A stretch of 64,000 nucleotides of DNA. It comes from Flaccisagitta enflata (lineage: Eukaryota). The notes beneath the pieces were generated by a model. The model searched no databases and was not told where the DNA came from. It saw only the letters and a list, made by a program, of their open reading frames with translations. Position 1 is the first letter of the stretch, and each line of letters begins with the position of its first letter. The stretch lies in the NCBI GenBank assembly GCA_965153355.1, contig OZ231126.1, positions 25,420,001 through 25,484,000 of the forward strand, given 5' to 3'. The translations under genes and the position numbers were made by a program. Shown piece after piece: positions 59,811 through 64,000 of this stretch.

Positions 59811-59892
59811 CTGGTGGTCCGGCGTTGCATCGCGATACTAAAATTGCTTGAGCCAAAATCGCAAGGAGAAATTTTGTTCTAGAAGAAAGCAT
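59811..59892 (-). CDS. First coding exon (signal peptide) of the lectin-like gene, copy B
   Basis: MLSSRTKFLLAILAQAILVSRCNAGPP plus G|gtacaa phase-1 donor; 82 nt, as in copy A. Confidence 0.75.
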
Positions 59893-59989
59893 CTTTATAG
59901 ATTTGTTCAAGCTACGAACTTGAAAACTTGACGAACTGTTAAGTTTTGAAAAATAATGTCTTACATGAAAAGAAGAAGATCTATCCATC

Positions 59990-59997
59990 CTTTTATA
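59990..59997 (-). promoter_or_regulatory. TATA box of lectin-like gene, copy B
   Basis: TATAAAAG at the equivalent position. Confidence 0.55.
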
Positions 59998-60045
59998 GCA
60001 ACTGCCGCGCCTGTCAAGTACTATGAGAGACGTTAAAAACATGAA

Positions 60046-60479
60046 AAGGGTGTTCAATCTCAAAGTATTTACAGTTGAAGCTCAAAAACTCATATTTTCA
60101 TCAACATTGTTTTTCAATATTCTGCCTTTAATTCTTAAACGGCTTGATAACCAGTGCCAGATTGATCTCAGATGTAAACATTTTCAAATTGTACATAATT
60201 TGAGTCCAATCTGGAGTTTTTACTTCGAATTTTTTAGAAATTAGAGCAATTTTAAGAAAAACTATCATGATTAAAATGAGAGTTTTTTAGCATAAACTTG
60301 ATATACTTGTTTTACATAAAATAATATTGTGAACAGACTATAAAGGCTAGACCAATGAAATTTTTACACAAAAAACGTCAACCATATTACTACAAGAGAA
60401 AAATGATTTGAAATCACTGACTGCTTGCGTTTAAAAATGTGAGCTTTTTACTTTTCCGACTTTGAGATTGAACATGGGG
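60046..60479. mobile_element. TIR MITE, probably TA-target (copy B only), just upstream of the TATA box
   Basis: 16-bp inverted repeat TGTTCAATCTCAAAGT / ACTTTGAGATTGAACA; copy A reads atgTAcaa at 28741. Confidence 0.7.
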
Positions 60480-60929
60480 TACAATTTTTAGTCGCGTGCT
60501 TTGTGACCCGCTTTGTCGGTCGGTCGGTCGGTCAGTCGGTCGGTTGGTCGGTTGGTCTGTTGGTTGGTCGGTCGGTTGGGCTCACAGTTCTTTCCCAAAT
60601 GCCATTGTGAGTCATCATAAGTCATTCGAAGTTATTCTAAGTCATTCTAAGTCATTTTAAGTCATATTGAGTCACTTAAGTCAATCAGGTCAATGTAGTC
60701 ATTTTAAGTGTTTAAGTCATTTTAAGTTGTTTTAAGTAATTTCTGGTCATCTTAAATTTTTTTTAAGTTAATTCATGTCATCAAAAGTTATTAAGTTATC
60801 ATAAGTTATAAGTTTAAGTATGCTCTAATTTATTGCAGATTCACATGCACACGACTCTGCATCCTGCTTTCTCAGTTTGTCTGCTAGTCCGTACGTCGGT
60901 CCGTATGTCTGTTGGTCTGTCACACAATA

Positions 60930-61339
60930 CAGACAGGACCCTAATAAGAGCAGAGGAGGGACCCAATTGTTACATGCCCCCCCCCCCCCCTAGAGCTCAC
61001 ATGGTTCATTCAATTTCCTAACTGGCAGTGGCGGTTGACACCGTAGGTGGATACAATTGGCGCCACCGGGGCGACTTTTCAATTTCCACCTTTAACCCTC
61101 CCAATGGGCCAATTTTATATCAAAATTTGAGAAAAAGAATTTATTCGGTTTTTTGGGTTTTAAGGGTGGTTTGAAGGGGTTCAGAGTGGAAATTGAAAAA
61201 TTGCCACGGTGGCGCCATTTCTATCCACTTAAGGTGTCAACCGCCTCTGCAATTGTGGAAATCGATTGAACCATATGAGCTGTAGGGGGGGCATATAACA
61301 CTAAAGGTCCCTCCTCCGCTCTTATCAGGGTCCCGTCTG
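60930..61339. mobile_element. Fold-back MITE with ~170-bp arms and TA TSD (copy B only)
   Basis: TA|CAGACAGGACCC...GGGTCCCGTCTG|TA; empty site ccaTActttt at 28871-28880. Confidence 0.85.
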
Positions 61340-61355
61340 TACTTTTTTGGCTGAT

Positions 61356-61386
<31 letters not shown>

Positions 61387-63522
61387 AACAAAAAAGAAAA
61401 CATAGACAAAAAAATCGCACAAGGTTTATTCGTTGAGAAAGTGGTTCCTTTTTTTGGCCCTCGAAGTCGTCATATTACACTTTTCTTTAACCGTCCATTC
61501 TTCATATTTGATAACGAATCGTTCCTGGTCACGTTGTTCCTTCAATACGAAATCCTGTTCGGTGATTGATAACGGGTAACTTGTTCATTTTTCTTATTTC
61601 AGACGGTCTTTTTTGTTTTATCCTTATCATAAAAACCTTTATCAAAGAGGAACTTTCAGCTGTTGCCTACCTGTTAAGGCAAATGTCACACGGTCTTTTT
61701 TTTTTCTTTTTAGAATGAGAGGTGAAGCTATCAGTTGGTAGTAGGTGTTGCCGTGGTCACAGAAGAGTGGCGAAAAGTGGCGTAGGAGAGTGAACGTGAA
61801 AGAATGTTTCAGAGTTTTAGACTTTTGCGATAGAATTGTGACCACAGAGAACGGTATTACAGGTAATGGAGTATTATAGGTCGTGGTATGGGATGATGCA
61901 TTGCCGTGGATGTGGGGATGGCTACAGAGAGTGATGGTAGGGGATGATAGAAATAACGAATGATGGTGACGAGATGACGGTCATGGTGTTAGGGATGGAG
62001 ATTTGGCAACTGAGGGTGATGGTATGGCATGGGCGTTAAAGAGGGGTGGTAAGGGATGGTGACGAGATGATGGTCATGGTATAATGGATGGAGAGTGATG
62101 GAGAGCTGGCAACTGAGGGTGAAGGTATGGTATGGGCGTTAAAGAGGGGTGGTAAGGGATGGTGACTAGATGATGGTCATGGTATAATGGATGGAGAGTG
62201 ATGGAGAGCTGGCAACTGAGGGTGAAGGTATGGTATGGGCGTTTAAGAGGGGTGCTATAGGATGGTGATGAGATGATGGCCATCGTGTGATGGATGGAGA
62301 GCTGGCGACTGAGTATGGTGGTATAGGATGACCAAAACCAAGAATGGTGGTTTTGGATGGTGACGAGATGACGGGTATGGTGTTATGGATGTAGGGCTAT
62401 CGTCTCCGGCGGTCCAAAGGCAAATTTACGCTTGAGGGAATTTGAATAAAGTTGACAGTTCATCACAGCTGATGACTCCGTGTCCCTCCGAGGCCAAACC
62501 ACGATGACGACGATGACGACGATGACGACGACGATGAAAGCAAACGGCGAGGACAATGGACGATGACGATGACGACGACGAAGATGACGGGATGATTCAT
62601 GGAGTTAGGCGTTACCCTACGCGACGGCGAGTGTTGAACGTCCTGAAGGTGAACGTGATCGCGTGGGACCGGAAGTATATCGAGACACGAATGCTGCGAG
62701 TAGGTTAGAGGATGATGTACATCACGCGTGGGGAGAGTGGGGGGGGGGGGAGGTGAGCAAAAAGCATTATGAGTTGTTGTATGTTGTGAAACTGAATGCG
62801 ATTTTTGGACACTACTTAATGGAAGCGGTGGAATAACTGGAAAATTTCAACATCCAAATGCACGTGTGACCCCATCGTATGTTTGGTGAAATTTAGACAA
62901 TAGAACTGAGAAAAGTATGGAGCATGATGGCTAGTGTATGGGGAGGTGGAGTGTGATAAATGCTTGTATTGCCACATGTGAGTTGGGAAGGGTCGATTCA
63001 ACTTGTTCTAATGATAGTTTGTCTTATTGGGAAGCTGGTACAGTTACAGCCTGCTATAATTATATATAACAGACCCAAGAGACATAAGAATATGTCTAAA
63101 ACAAACACAGATTTCTGGCTACATAACGCCATTTTTTAAAGCAGAAATAACAGACATCTGTCCTAGACTTGACAACACCTAGCCAGATAAGAATACAATG
63201 CAATGGTGACAATGGCAGTTTCGTAGCAATAACAAGGCCGGATACACGGCTACCCCAGTCGCGTGCGGGTGGGCAGGAGCCATAATTGAGGTCTGTGGAA
63301 CATTTGGGCAGGAGCAATAAGGCCAAAAACAACTATGGAGTTTATGCCAATGTATGCTATAACCATATCCACAGTCATGACAGCAACAAAAACGATGACA
63401 ACGAAGAAAACGATGAAGTTAAAAAATGTCGACGATTTTGACAATGATTAGTTTTGGATACAAGAGAGACGAGATGAAGGACTGGCTTCTATGGTGGTAC
63501 TGAAAGGCACAATGAAGTAGGG

Positions 63523-63569
<47 letters not shown>

Positions 63570-63715
63570 CACTTTATTTATTGGGAGGAGATGTTGTCCA
63601 TCAGAATCTGAGGAAAATGTCCTCAGGGCAAAAACGAGTCGAAGAAAAACGGAAACTGAAATGACAAACGATGACAGTCACGATGACAGTCGTGACAGTG
63701 ATGGTGGGCATGGTC

Positions 63716-63796
<81 letters not shown>

Positions 63797-63842
63797 ATGA
63801 TGATGATAATGATGATGACGATGATGATGATGATGATGATGT

Positions 63843-63915
<73 letters not shown>

Positions 63916-64000
63916 AATGATGATGATGATGATAATGACGATGATGACGATGAAGATAAAGATAACGATGACGAAGACAATGATGATGATGATGATGATG

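Noticed and set aside
59692-60063. 123-aa ORF as a standalone gene
   Set aside because: Only 59811-59892 is conserved as coding in copy A; the rest runs into intron, UTR and a MITE.

Overview
Eukaryotic (animal, probably invertebrate) genomic DNA: AT-rich, packed with (AG)n, (AC)n, (AAC)n and (GAT)n microsatellites and non-autonomous transposons. Almost all listed ORFs are simple-repeat artefacts. The main structure is a direct duplication of about 20 kb (copy A from 12063 to about 33200; copy B from 45483 to the window end). Each copy carries one intact minus-strand gene: a signal-peptide exon spliced to an exon encoding a discoidin/F-type-lectin-like domain, about 189 aa in total, with mostly synonymous differences between copies. 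Comparing the copies gives filled and empty sites for many insertions: hAT (8-bp TSD), Harbinger-like (3-bp), Chapaev-like (4-bp), TA-target TIR elements and Helentron-associated (DINE-1/HINE-like) elements. The most unusual items are (i) a Harbinger-type fold-back MITE whose arms each hold an outward-facing tRNA-like Pol III unit, (ii) a TA-target TIR element carrying an open LINE reverse-transcriptase 3' fragment, (iii) a HINE 5' hairpin exactly at the duplication breakpoint, and (iv) the duplicated lectin-like gene with an altered fucose-binding motif. All comparisons were made by eye and no database search was run. The two copies could instead be uncollapsed haplotypes.
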